Origin: a bacterium
Lineage (GTDB): Bacteria; Electryoneota; RPQS01; DYHQ01
DNA length: 64,000 nt
Assembly (NCBI GenBank): GCA_030622545.1
Contig: JAUXGA010000008.1
Span: forward strand, 2,321-66,320
Direction: 5' to 3'
The notes beneath the pieces are model-generated. The model made no database searches. It saw nothing but the letters and a program-made list of their open reading frames with translations, and had not been told where the DNA came from. A program made the translations under genes and the position numbers. Shown here piece by piece: positions 36,717 through 45,981 of this stretch; the first letter of the stretch is position 1; the number at the start of each line of letters is the position of its first letter.

Positions 36717-37760
36717 ATGGACCCAAAAGAAAACATACGACTGACCACACTTAGCCACTGCGCCGGTTGAGCGTCTAAAATGAGTCCGGCGGTGCTGGAC
36801 GAAATTTTAGGAAGCGTTCTGGCGGCACGGGATCCGAACCTGTTGGTCGGAGTCCGCACGCACGATGACGCGGCTGTGTATCGTCTGCCTTCCGGCGAGA
36901 CCGTTGTTCAGACCGTGGATTTTTTCACGCCGGTCGTGGATGATCCCTACACGTGGGGAGCGATTGCGGCAAGCAACTCGCTGTCGGACGTCTATGCTAT
37001 GAACGGCCGCGCCCTTCTCGCGCTGAACATCGCCTGCTTCCCGAAGAAATTGCCCACCGCACTCTGGCGTGAGGTGATTCGAGGCGGTGTCGATAAAGCA
37101 AGCGAAGCCGGTGTGATTATCGCGGGCGGTCATACCATTGACGATGCCGAACCGAAATATGGCCTGGCGGTGACAGGCATTGTCGATCCCGATGCGATTT
37201 GGACCAATCACGGAGCACAGCCCGGTGACGCGCTTGTGCTCACCAAACCTCTGGGAAGCGGCGTCATCACGACGGCTCTGCGCAGCGGCAGAATTGACGC
37301 ATGCGAAGCGCAGCCGATGATTGACATCATGCTTGAATTGAACCGCACGGCTGCTGAAATTCTTTCACAGTTCGATGTTCACGCCTGCACGGATATTACC
37401 GGCAACGGACTTTTGGGACACAGCGCTGAGATGGCTAAGGCTTCGAAAGTGAAATTCGAAATCTCGATGTCGCAAATTCCAATGGTTGAGCTGGCAGTGA
37501 CGTTATCGAGGGAAGGCGACTTCCCAGGGGGAACATGGGCGAATCGGGAATATTTGCAAGGCTTTGTTTCATATCCGGAAGACTTCGCGGAAACGGACAT
37601 TCTTTTACTTTGCGACGCGCAAACATCCGGTGGATTATTAGCTTCGCTTCCCCAAAATCAGGCGGCGGAAGCAACAGAGCAGCTCAAAAACGCCGGTGTC
37701 AATAGTTACAGTGTTATTGGTCGAGTCCTCGAAGGTGAGGGCATTCAGATCCAATCATAA
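36717..37760 (+). CDS. selD: Selenide, water dikinase SelD, with in-frame UGA (selenocysteine) at 36768-36770
   Basis: Reading from ATG 36717 gives 'MDPKENIRLTTLSHCAG-U-ASKMSPAVLDEIL', which is collinear with E. coli '[25 protein letters not shown]'. The ORF track only reports the part after the TGA (36780..37760). Confidence 0.85.
36774..36811 (+). promoter_or_regulatory. SECIS-like stem-loop immediately 3' of the selD UGA
   Basis: CTAAAAT (36775-81) pairs with ATTTTAG (36804-10). The inner stem is GTCC (36784-87) / GGAC (36797-800). The apical loop is GGCGGUGCU. Confidence 0.6.
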
Positions 37761-37772
37761 AAGGAGGCTGCC

Positions 37773-38189
37773 ATGAACGTGAAGAAATGGCTTTTGTCCA
37801 GTGTAATTGTCTGGATTGCTTACTTCATTCTGGAGTGGATTATTCACGGAGGAATCCTCGCAGGTCTTTATCAACAGCATGCGGATCTTTGGCTTTCCGA
37901 AGCCCAGATGCAGAGCCGGATGTGGGCGATGATTCTGGGACAACTGTTTTTTGCGATTCTCTTCTGCTTCATTTACACCAAGGGAATTCGGGAAGGTGGA
38001 GCGGCGGAAGGTTTGCGCTACGGTTTCTGGTTGGGATTGCTATTATGTGTCCCGGTCTTCTTCATTCGCTGGTCGGTGGAATTGAGTCCTGGAATTCTCA
38101 TCTTTTTCCAGAGTCTCTTCGAATTTATGGCTATCATTATTCTGGGCATTGTTCTGGGAGCTATCTACGGGAAAGTCGAGAAAACGTAA
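37773..38189 (+). CDS. Small integral membrane protein (4 predicted TM helices), function unknown
   Basis: The ATG follows 'aaaggaggctgcc'. The sequence has a hydrophobic profile. The overlapping ORF 37787..38233 is in another frame and looks spurious. Confidence 0.6.
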   Translation: MNVKKWLLSSVIVWIAYFILEWIIHGGILAGLYQQHADLWLSEAQMQSRMWAMILGQLFFAILFCFIYTKGIREGGAAEGLRYGFWLGLLLCVPVFFIRWSVELSPGILIFFQSLFEFMAIIILGIVLGAIYGKVEKT

Positions 38190-38222
38190 ACTTTTACCAT
38201 ACAGAGAATAAGGGAGGTTCAT

Positions 38223-38390
38223 TTGGCTGCTAACGAAATCAGTCCTCAGGGGAAGTGTGCCTTACAAGGGCAATGCGCCCTTGTCACTGGCGGATCTCGG
38301 GGCATCGGACGGGCGATTGCTTTACGCTTGGCGGATTTTGTCGTGGGGCATGTACTGGTCGTTGACGGCGGCTACTCCATCCGCGCCTAA
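38223..38390 (+). pseudogene. Remnant of a short-chain dehydrogenase/reductase gene (N- and C-termini fused, ~200 codons missing)
   Basis: The translation is '...LQGQCALVTGGSRGIGRAIALRLADFVVGHVLVVDGGYSIRA*'. The Rossmann TGxxxGIG motif is joined directly to the SDR C-terminal 'VDGG' tail. Confidence 0.7.
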
Positions 38391-38411
38391 AACTGTTTGG
38401 AATCGACACAC

Positions 38412-39773
38412 ATGATATCACAACTACGTTTAACTTCCCTTATTCTTCTGGGACTGCTTTTTTTCGCCACTGTGACGAATGCCGCGCCCCATCGTCTCGA
38501 CTGGAACGATGCGTGGCAACTCGCTCTCGAGCAAAACCGCGCGCTTCAGCTTTCCCGCGAAGAGGTCATCAAATCGCGCCAGAAAGTGCGCGAAGCTTAC
38601 AGCGCCGCCATGCCGACACTGAACGCTGTAGGGTTGTACACGCGCAACATTGAAGTTCCGGTCTTCTTCATCGGCATGCCCGACGACGCGGGCAACATAT
38701 CGGTGCAACCGATTAAATTGGGTTTGGAGAACTCTTATCGCGGCATGCTCCAACTTCAGCAACCCATCTATGTCGCAGGGAAAATCGGTCTGGCGCTTCG
38801 TATTGCGAAGAATTACCTCGCGCTTACCAAGACCATCGAAACACAAACATTTCAAAACCTGCGACTCGGGCTGGCTCAAAGCTATTATGGCGCGATGCTG
38901 GCTGGAGAGCTGGTTCAGGTTCAGCGGCAGGCGCTTGAGCAGGCACGAAGACATCGCGATAGGACGCAGCTTCTCTTTGAGCAGGGCACCGTCAGCGAGT
39001 ACGATAAAATTCGCGCCGAGGTAGGAGCCGCTAATTGGGAACCGCTCGTTTTGGAAGCGGAGAACAACTACCGCAACGCTCTGCTGCAATTGCAGCTTCT
39101 CTTAGGCTTATCTCATGAAGATTCGCTCACATTGACAGGGAGTTTTGATTCCAATCGCGGTCTGCCGGAATCTCTCGGTATCACTGTTGAACGTGCCTTT
39201 GCACAGCGACCGGACCTTGAAGCGATTACGCACCAGCGCATGATGCATCAAAGACTGCTTACCATCGAGCAACGCAGTCTTTTCTGGCCATCCCTTTACG
39301 GTTCGGCAAGTGTCACGTGGCAGACAGAAGCGGATGATTTCGGTTTCGGAGACTATAGCTGGACTCGGAGCGCCGCCGCCGGATTAACGCTTTCCATTCC
39401 TCTTTTTGACGGTTTTGCCACTCCGGCTCGGATTCAGGAAGTTCGCAGCGATTTGCGCAGCCTCGACTATCAGGAAACGGATTTGCGCCAGTCAATTCAC
39501 AATGAAGTCGAGAGTGCGCACAACGAACTTCTTCGCGCACAAAAAGCGCTGGAGGTTCAGCAGAAGAATCTTGCGCAGGCTGAGAGAGGCTACGAAATCG
39601 CCGGAGTGCGCTACGAAAACGGTCTCAGCACGCAATTGGAACTGCTCGATGCCGAGTTGCAGGTTAATATGGCGCGGGTTAACGAATTGCGCGCGCGCTA
39701 CGAATTGACCATCGCCCGATTCGCTCTGGCGCGTGCGGTCGGAGACTCTCCCGAATTGGCACCCGCACCCTAA
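38412..39773 (+). CDS. TolC family outer-membrane efflux protein
   Basis: A signal peptide 'MISQLRLTSLILLGLLFFATVTNA' is present. There are two OEP repeats with 'LELLDAELQ...' helices. An alternative TTG start lies at 38397. Confidence 0.8.
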   Translation: MISQLRLTSLILLGLLFFATVTNAAPHRLDWNDAWQLALEQNRALQLSREEVIKSRQKVREAYSAAMPTLNAVGLYTRNIEVPVFFIGMPDDAGNISVQPIKLGLENSYRGMLQLQQPIYVAGKIGLALRIAKNYLALTKTIETQTFQNLRLGLAQSYYGAMLAGELVQVQRQALEQARRHRDRTQLLFEQGTVSEYDKIRAEVGAANWEPLVLEAENNYRNALLQLQLLLGLSHEDSLTLTGSFDSNRGLPESLGITVERAFAQRPDLEAITHQRMMHQRLLTIEQRSLFWPSLYGSASVTWQTEADDFGFGDYSWTRSAAAGLTLSIPLFDGFATPARIQEVRSDLRSLDYQETDLRQSIHNEVESAHNELLRAQKALEVQQKNLAQAERGYEIAGVRYENGLSTQLELLDAELQVNMARVNELRARYELTIARFALARAVGDSPELAPAP

Positions 39774-39794
39774 AATTTTACAAGGAGGCCTCGC

Positions 39795-40394
39795 GTGTCC
39801 GGAGACGCTGAGTTTTCAGATAACGTTCGCATCGCATTGAAAGAAACCGCTGAGATGCACGCCCTTTTAGACGTGCGCTGTTCGACTGACCTCGCGGAAA
39901 TTACCAAAGCCTGCGCGGACACAATTCACCGTGGAGGCCGCCTCTTTTTCTGCGGCAATGGAGGCAGCGCCGCCGAATCACAGCATCTCGCAACCGAACT
40001 CGTCGTCCGGCTTTCCGCAGACACGACACGTCCCGCGCTACCGGCGATGGCTTTGACAACCGACACGAGCACACTCACCGCCTGCGGCAACGACTTCGGT
40101 TTCGATGCAATTTTCGCTCGACAGGTTGAAGCTCACCTGCGCAAAGGAGATGTGCTCATTTTACTTTCAACAAGCGGACGCTCGCAAAACTTAATTGAAG
40201 CCGCAAAAGCATCTCATAAAAAACAGGGAATCAATATTGGCTTTCTGGGTAACGACGATACGCTGTTGGATGCGCATTTGGATTTATCTTTGCACATCCC
40301 TTCCAACAATGCGCAGCGAGTGCAGGAAGCTCATTTGCTGTGCGGGCATCTTCTCATTCAATCCATTGAAACTCAACTACTGAAATACAAATGA
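39795..40394 (+). CDS. gmhA: SIS-domain D-sedoheptulose-7-phosphate isomerase
   Basis: The segments 'FFCGNGGSAAESQHLATEL...ALTTDTSTLTACGNDFGFDAIFARQ...DVLILLSTSGRSQN' are present. The GTG start follows AAGGAGG. Confidence 0.8.
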   Translation: MSGDAEFSDNVRIALKETAEMHALLDVRCSTDLAEITKACADTIHRGGRLFFCGNGGSAAESQHLATELVVRLSADTTRPALPAMALTTDTSTLTACGNDFGFDAIFARQVEAHLRKGDVLILLSTSGRSQNLIEAAKASHKKQGINIGFLGNDDTLLDAHLDLSLHIPSNNAQRVQEAHLLCGHLLIQSIETQLLKYK

Positions 40395-42466
40395 CCTTTC
40401 TAAACGCTGCACTTCTTTTCGCCCTGACGTTGGGCTTGTTGCCGATTCTCATTCATCTTCTTACGCGGCAAAGACTGAAACGCATTCCCTTTCCGACACT
40501 TCGATTTTTAAAAGAACTTCAACGCCGGAAAATGCGGCAACTGAAGCTCCGCCAGCTTCTGCTCCTCATTTTGCGCACGCTGGCGGTTCTGGCGCTGGTG
40601 CTGGCGATGGCGCGTCCCGTTATCCAGTCAACCGCCGGAATTCTTCCGGGAGTGCATGCTCGAACGAGCGTCTTTTTGGTCATGGATCGAAGCGCTTCAA
40701 TGGGCACGGAAACGCCCGAAGGCACACGCCTGCGTGAGGCCGCCGTCCGCGCTCAAGAGGTGCTCTCGCTTCTTCAGGAAGGCGATGACGCTCAGATCAT
40801 CTGGGCGGACGCGGAACCGGTCGCATTCCCTCCGGAACCTACAGCCAGATTCCGCGCCGTGCGTGAAGCGGTCTCCGAAACGCGGGTGACAAAGGGCGGC
40901 TCGAATCTAACGAAAGCCCTCGAACTGGCACGGTTTAATGCCTCAAAATCGAAGAATCTCCACCGGGAAATTTACGTCCTGTCCGACTTCAGCATTTCCG
41001 CTTGGCCGGAAGGATTGCCCGACGGCCCGCTTTTTCCTCCGGACGTCAAACTCTTTCTTCTGCCTGTCGGTCAGAAACGCTTCAGCAATGTCGGCATAAC
41101 CGATGTGCGCATCCTTTCACGCTTGATGACTCCCGGTCGTCCCGTGGAACTGCAGGCCACTCTGAAAAACAGTTCACGACAGCCCCTCCCGGATAGACTC
41201 GTGAGTGTCTTCTTAGGAGGAAGGCGCGTCGCTTCTCGCTCAGTTTCTATCGGAGCCGCTGAGACCAAACAGATCGAATTCCGATTCGTACCGGAAATTC
41301 CCGGAGCTCAGGGCGGCTATGTGAAGCTCGAAGAAGGCGATGATTTGTCGATTGACGACCGTCGCCATTTCGTGTTGAATGTTCCCGACCAGTTGAAAAT
41401 CGGACTGGTAGCTCCCCAGAGTCCCGGCGCAACGTTTACCGCGCTGGCTCTGAATCCGACAGGCAGCCCCGATGCGTTTGTGCAAGTTATTCCGCTGACA
41501 CCGGGAGCGTTTGAAGCGGCGGACTGGAGCTCCTTCGATGCTTTCCTTATTATGGAAGCCCCCGCTTTCGCCTCAGGGATGGGCGCGAGGCTGCACAGCT
41601 TTGTCGAATCGGGCAAAGGTGTGCTGGTGATGCTCGGGCCCGGCGCGGACTTGCGCGCTCACAACGCGTGGCTGCCGGAACTCGGGCTTCCGGCGTTGGG
41701 AGATGTCTGGGCGGAAGAAGGTTTTTCGACACGCTGGACAGATGTGGACTGGACGCATCCGGTTTTCGAGGGACTCTTTGAAGAAACGCCGAAATCGATT
41801 TCGCCTGCGATACAACAACTTGTACGTCCGGTCGGAAACAAAGCGCTGACGGTCATTTCAACCGGCATCGGAATTCCTTTTCTTGTCGAAGCGCGCGTCG
41901 GTCGAGGCCATGCGATGCTTATCACCAGTTCGCCCGAACCGAAATGGTCTGATTTTTACCGCACGGGAATCTTCCCGCCTCTGATGGTGCGACTCGCGGC
42001 GTACCTTTCCGGAACCGCCGGAGATGCGGAAGCTCTGTCGTTCGACGCGGGCGTGTCGGGCACCATTCAGCGTTTGGGAATTGCACCCACAACGCCTGCG
42101 GAACTTATCGGCGAAGAAGAAAATCTGCAGATTATCCCGCGAGCGATACCGGCGGGTTTCGAGTATCCCGTCCCGCCCGTCAAAAAACCCGGCATCTATC
42201 GCCTGAAACAAGAAACCCGGGACGCGATGTTGTTAGCGGTGAATGTTCCCGCTGTGGAAACAGAAATCAACGCACAGCCGATTGATAATGCAAAAGAATT
42301 CTGGGGCGGCAAAATAGCGCGAACAATCCGCACGTCCAGCCTGTCCGAAATTATTCTGGAAAGCCGGTTTGGCCGCGAACTCTGGAAAAGTTTTCTCATC
42401 TTAGCACTTATTTTACTCGCTGCCGAAATGCTCTTAGGCCGCTCAGGCAAACCCGACGAAAGCTGA
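40391..42466 (+). CDS. BatA-type protein (N-terminal double-TM domain plus vWA-like domain)
   Basis: The sequence 'MTFLNAALLFALTLGLLPILIHLLTRQRLKRIPFPTLRFL', the vWA-like 'VFLVMDRSASMG' and a C-terminal TM helix are present. Confidence 0.7.
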   Translation: MTFLNAALLFALTLGLLPILIHLLTRQRLKRIPFPTLRFLKELQRRKMRQLKLRQLLLLILRTLAVLALVLAMARPVIQSTAGILPGVHARTSVFLVMDRSASMGTETPEGTRLREAAVRAQEVLSLLQEGDDAQIIWADAEPVAFPPEPTARFRAVREAVSETRVTKGGSNLTKALELARFNASKSKNLHREIYVLSDFSISAWPEGLPDGPLFPPDVKLFLLPVGQKRFSNVGITDVRILSRLMTPGRPVELQATLKNSSRQPLPDRLVSVFLGGRRVASRSVSIGAAETKQIEFRFVPEIPGAQGGYVKLEEGDDLSIDDRRHFVLNVPDQLKIGLVAPQSPGATFTALALNPTGSPDAFVQVIPLTPGAFEAADWSSFDAFLIMEAPAFASGMGARLHSFVESGKGVLVMLGPGADLRAHNAWLPELGLPALGDVWAEEGFSTRWTDVDWTHPVFEGLFEETPKSISPAIQQLVRPVGNKALTVISTGIGIPFLVEARVGRGHAMLITSSPEPKWSDFYRTGIFPPLMVRLAAYLSGTAGDAEALSFDAGVSGTIQRLGIAPTTPAELIGEEENLQIIPRAIPAGFEYPVPPVKKPGIYRLKQETRDAMLLAVNVPAVETEINAQPIDNAKEFWGGKIARTIRTSSLSEIILESRFGRELWKSFLILALILLAAEMLLGRSGKPDES

Positions 42467-42598
42467 TGATGTTTCTTTGGTGAAATTCATGCGGAGTCGG
42501 TTGCTTGCAGCCGACCCGTTTCTTTATTGATACTCGCCGCGGCATGCGTCCCGCGAATCCGGCCGGAATTCAAAGATGAAGCAACCTTTCTGAATGAT

Positions 42599-43546
42599 AT
42601 GATTGACATCCCCACATTTGAAAATATTCAAAAAGCCGCCGAACGCATTCGGCCTTTTGCCAATCGCACCCCGGTGCTGACATCGAGAACTCTCGATGAA
42701 CGATTCGGGACAAAGCTGTTCTTCAAGTGTGAGAATTTTCAAAAAGTCGGCGCGTTCAAATTCCGCGGCGCGTGCAATGCGGTTTTTTCTCTGAGCGAAC
42801 AGGAAGCACGGCGCGGCGTGGCGACGCACTCCTCCGGCAATCACGCAGCAGCACTCGCGTTGGCAGCGAAATTTCGAGGAATTCCCTCATATGTCGTCAT
42901 GCCCGAAAACTCTCCCAAGATAAAGATTAATGCTGTCGAAGGATACGGTGCAAAGATTACGTTCTGCAAACCGACACTCGAAGCGCGCGAAATTGTTCTT
43001 CAGGAAGTCATCGGAAAAACCGGCGCCGCGTTTATTCATCCTTACGATAATTTTCATGTCATCGCCGGACAGGGAACGACTGCGCTTGAATTGCTTGAAG
43101 AAATTCCCGACCTCGACATCATTCTCGCATCCGTCAGCGGCGGAGGACTTCTGGGCGGAACTGCCGTCGCTGCGAAAGGGATATCACCGCATATTCAAAT
43201 CATCGGCGCTGAACCGGAAGGTGCCGACGATGCTTACCGTTCTCTGCAAACCGGCAAACTTATCCCGCAGACAAATCCACGCACGATAGCAGACGGATTG
43301 CGAACGCAATTGAGCGAACGAACATTCCATATTCTCCAGAAACACAACTGCAGCGTTGTTACCGTCAGTGAAGCGGGCATCGTTGCTGGAATGCGTCTGA
43401 TATGGGAACGCATGAAAATTATTATCGAACCTTCCGCGTCCGTCACCATCGGCGCTCTTCTCGAAAAAAGAATAGACACTGCGGGCAAACGCGTCGGCGT
43501 GATTCTTTCCGGCGGCAATGTTGATTTGGAGCAGTTGCCGTGGTGA
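42599..43546 (+). CDS. PLP-dependent threonine/serine dehydratase family (serine-racemase-like)
   Basis: The motifs 'FKCENFQKVGAFKFRGACNAV' (PLP lysine) and 'SGGGLLGG' are present. ATG 42599 is preferred over the ORF-track start at 42527. Confidence 0.8.
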   Translation: MIDIPTFENIQKAAERIRPFANRTPVLTSRTLDERFGTKLFFKCENFQKVGAFKFRGACNAVFSLSEQEARRGVATHSSGNHAAALALAAKFRGIPSYVVMPENSPKIKINAVEGYGAKITFCKPTLEAREIVLQEVIGKTGAAFIHPYDNFHVIAGQGTTALELLEEIPDLDIILASVSGGGLLGGTAVAAKGISPHIQIIGAEPEGADDAYRSLQTGKLIPQTNPRTIADGLRTQLSERTFHILQKHNCSVVTVSEAGIVAGMRLIWERMKIIIEPSASVTIGALLEKRIDTAGKRVGVILSGGNVDLEQLPW

Positions 43547-43612
43547 GCGAATTCATTGACCATAAGACATTGAACATTACATAAGATTTTCATTTCAAAC
43601 AGGATTTTCTAA

Positions 43613-43924
43613 ATGGAAGAGAAAAAGATGAAACCTGATTGGCAGCCGGTGGAAGATGTCAACTGGGATGAGTTCGAAAAAGCAATCAGCAATTCTCGCA
43701 CGAAGCAGCAGATTGTGTCGCATCTTCGCCATCTCATCGAACGGAAGGGCTACGCGAATATGCTGCGTGCAGCTGAAATCGCGTTCAATCGGCTGGTCGA
43801 AGTGCTGCCCGGCAACAAAGGTTCTATCGGCGTGCAAACCTATGTGGACGGCAAGGAAATCTACGCGAATTTCCGGTTCGTCCCCACGAGCGGCAAACCG
43901 AGTAATGACGAATTCAATTACTGA
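43613..43924 (+). CDS. Hypothetical small protein
   Basis: This is a 103-aa ORF with protein-like composition. The overlapping minus-strand ORF looks like an antisense artefact. No domain is recognised. Confidence 0.4.
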   Translation: MEEKKMKPDWQPVEDVNWDEFEKAISNSRTKQQIVSHLRHLIERKGYANMLRAAEIAFNRLVEVLPGNKGSIGVQTYVDGKEIYANFRFVPTSGKPSNDEFNY

Positions 43925-43975
43925 TTCATGCTTCACATAGCGTTACAAAAATATCAAAACAGTAGAGGTGGAACC

Positions 43976-44629
43976 ATGTTCTTTCGATTAAGTTTTCTAC
44001 TTCTCTTGGCCTCAAGTCTGTTTGCGGAGCCGAATATGATAAAGCTTCCCGCTCCCGTGTTTCAAAGCGATGTCTCGCTTGAAAGCGCGATTCAGCAGCG
44101 GCGTTCCGTGCGCGAGTTCACGGACGATACCGTGTCGCTCGAACATCTTTCGCAGCTTCTCTGGGCAGGGCAGGGCATCACCGACGACGAAGGCATGCGC
44201 GCCGCGCCGTCCGCCGGAGCGCTGTATCCGATTGAACTGCGTGTGCTGGCGTCGAATGTTCAAGGGTTGGATTCCGGGTTGTATCTTTACAAACCCGAAA
44301 CACACGCTCTCGAAGCGTTGCGCATTCCGGAGAGCGGTCTTGCTGCCGGGCAAGCCGCGTATGGTCAGAACTGGATTGAAGAAGCGCCTATCATTGTTTT
44401 TATCACAGCGATTCCGTCTCGAACGCGTGTAAAATACGGCGAGCGAACCGAACGTTATATCAATTTGGAAGCGGGTCATATCGGTCAGAATTTGCTGTTG
44501 CAGGCGACTTCTTTGGGTATGGGTGGCACGCCGGTGGGCGCTTTCGACGATGACCTTCTTGCGAAATTTTTAGGTACACGGCAGGCACCGCTCTACATCA
44601 TTCCCATCGGCCACCCGTTGGAACCGTAA
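43976..44629 (+). CDS. SagB-type/nitroreductase-family dehydrogenase with signal peptide
   Basis: The sequence 'RRSVREFTDDTVSLEHLSQLLWAGQGIT...PSAGALYPIELRV' is present. The start 'MFFRLSFLLLLASSLFA' at 43976 is preferred. Confidence 0.7.
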   Translation: MFFRLSFLLLLASSLFAEPNMIKLPAPVFQSDVSLESAIQQRRSVREFTDDTVSLEHLSQLLWAGQGITDDEGMRAAPSAGALYPIELRVLASNVQGLDSGLYLYKPETHALEALRIPESGLAAGQAAYGQNWIEEAPIIVFITAIPSRTRVKYGERTERYINLEAGHIGQNLLLQATSLGMGGTPVGAFDDDLLAKFLGTRQAPLYIIPIGHPLEP

Positions 44630-44651
44630 CATTCCCTTCGAGAATCATTAC

Positions 44652-44686
44652 AAAACGCCCCTGCTATAAATCGGCAGGGGCGTTTT
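44652..44686. terminator. Bidirectional rho-independent terminator
   Basis: An 11-bp stem 'aacgcccctgc' / 'gcaggggcgtt' is flanked by 'aaaa' and 'tttt'. It lies between convergent genes. Confidence 0.7.
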
Positions 44687-44709
44687 GCATTCGTCTTTAT
44701 GATAAATAT

Positions 44710-45981
44710 CTAAAATGACATGCCAATCGTTGTGCTGATTTCGCTGTCGCCTTCGATGGTATAGCTTAAATCGATTTTGATGATTTGGATATTCGGCACA
44801 CGGCAAGCGAGTCCCACTCCCCCCGCGAAAAATTCCGTTCGGCGATGCCCCAACCGCAATTCAGTTCGCTCGATAAAGAAAAGCCCGTTCAATCCAAACG
44901 GCAATCGTCGGAAGCGATTGCCCAGAGGTAAATCGAAGTGAACAATCTTTGTCAATGGAAAACGAAGCTCTGCCGCTCCCGTGAGAAATCCATCCGACTC
45001 GCTTTCATGCATCCGGTACCCTCGAAAACCCGCGTTAAAACCGTGATACCATTTCCCCCACGGCGGCATATTTCCCGAAGCGGTTCCTCCACGCAGGCGC
45101 ATCGCCAAAACAAGCGGCCTCGTTTTTTCTGAGAGCGGCCAGAAGGCGCGCGCATCCGCGATGGTATGGAAGTAATGGCGGTCGCCGCCGGTATAGCTTG
45201 TTTCGAGCAGCACAAAACAGCCTTTCGACGGATACCATTCAAGATCCCGCCGATCGATTATCAGAAAGAAACCGACTCGTCCCGTCTTGTCTTTCGGTGC
45301 GGGTGCTCCCGGCCAAATCGGCTCTTCTCTCAAATAATCATACCGCAGTGTCAGTCCCACGCGCGTGGGCGCACCAACGCGTGTTCCCACCCAGATATCG
45401 CCGCGAATATTATCCAGCTCGCTGTCCACTCCCTGCAGCGCGGCATGACGATTCACCATGCGCAGATTTCGAAAGTGAGCATACATCATCAGCGGTAATC
45501 GGGGAGAAAACCAGCGCGTGTAGTACGTCGCTGTTGCCCCGCGGCTGACTCCTATCCGCCCCATCGCGTAAGCATTCGCTCCCGTTCCCAGCAGGTTGAA
45601 ATCCGTCATGCCCAAATCAAGACTGAGGCCTTTGAAAAATTCACGCGGATTCTCGAAGAGTTCGCTTAGCTGTGTTTCCTCCATGTTTGGATCGATAATC
45701 GGCCATAGATTCCAAGCTTCCGCCAAATCAATCGTGACCGTTCCCGCGGAATCAGCGACGACGCGAACATCATTAAAAATTCCAAGATTCAGCAGGCGTT
45801 TGCGCGTCTTATCGAGCGCTTCTGTGCAAAGCGTATCGCCAACGGAAATCTGAAGCTCCCGTTCAATCACCCAGAGCTTTGTCCAGCGTCGTCCTTCGAT
45901 ACGAATCTCTGTAATCTCCGCCGCTTTCCCCAGCGTTAGATGAAACAGTACAACGACAATGATGAATGCAAACGATTTCAT
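44710..45981 (-). CDS. Omp85-family outer-membrane protein (TamA-like: one POTRA domain plus barrel)
   Basis: A signal peptide and a POTRA-like 'ITEIRIEGRRWTKLWVIERELQISVGDTL' are present. The barrel ends '...TTIGMSF'. The start abuts the tamB stop. Confidence 0.7.
   Translation of the reverse strand: MKSFAFIIVVVLFHLTLGKAAEITEIRIEGRRWTKLWVIERELQISVGDTLCTEALDKTRKRLLNLGIFNDVRVVADSAGTVTIDLAEAWNLWPIIDPNMEETQLSELFENPREFFKGLSLDLGMTDFNLLGTGANAYAMGRIGVSRGATATYYTRWFSPRLPLMMYAHFRNLRMVNRHAALQGVDSELDNIRGDIWVGTRVGAPTRVGLTLRYDYLREEPIWPGAPAPKDKTGRVGFFLIIDRRDLEWYPSKGCFVLLETSYTGGDRHYFHTIADARAFWPLSEKTRPLVLAMRLRGGTASGNMPPWGKWYHGFNAGFRGYRMHESESDGFLTGAAELRFPLTKIVHFDLPLGNRFRRLPFGLNGLFFIERTELRLGHRRTEFFAGGVGLACRVPNIQIIKIDLSYTIEGDSEISTTIGMSF

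Noticed and set aside
36554-36859. A 101-aa minus-strand ORF across the selD leader, and the idea that the leader hairpin is a tRNA-Sec.
   Set aside because: The ORF is antisense to the true selD 5' end. The hairpin has no cloverleaf, T-loop or acceptor features.
43595-43936. A 113-aa minus-strand ORF overlapping the small plus-strand ORF.
   Set aside because: Its composition (R/F/H/L-rich) looks antisense. The plus-strand frame is more protein-like, although it is itself only weakly supported.
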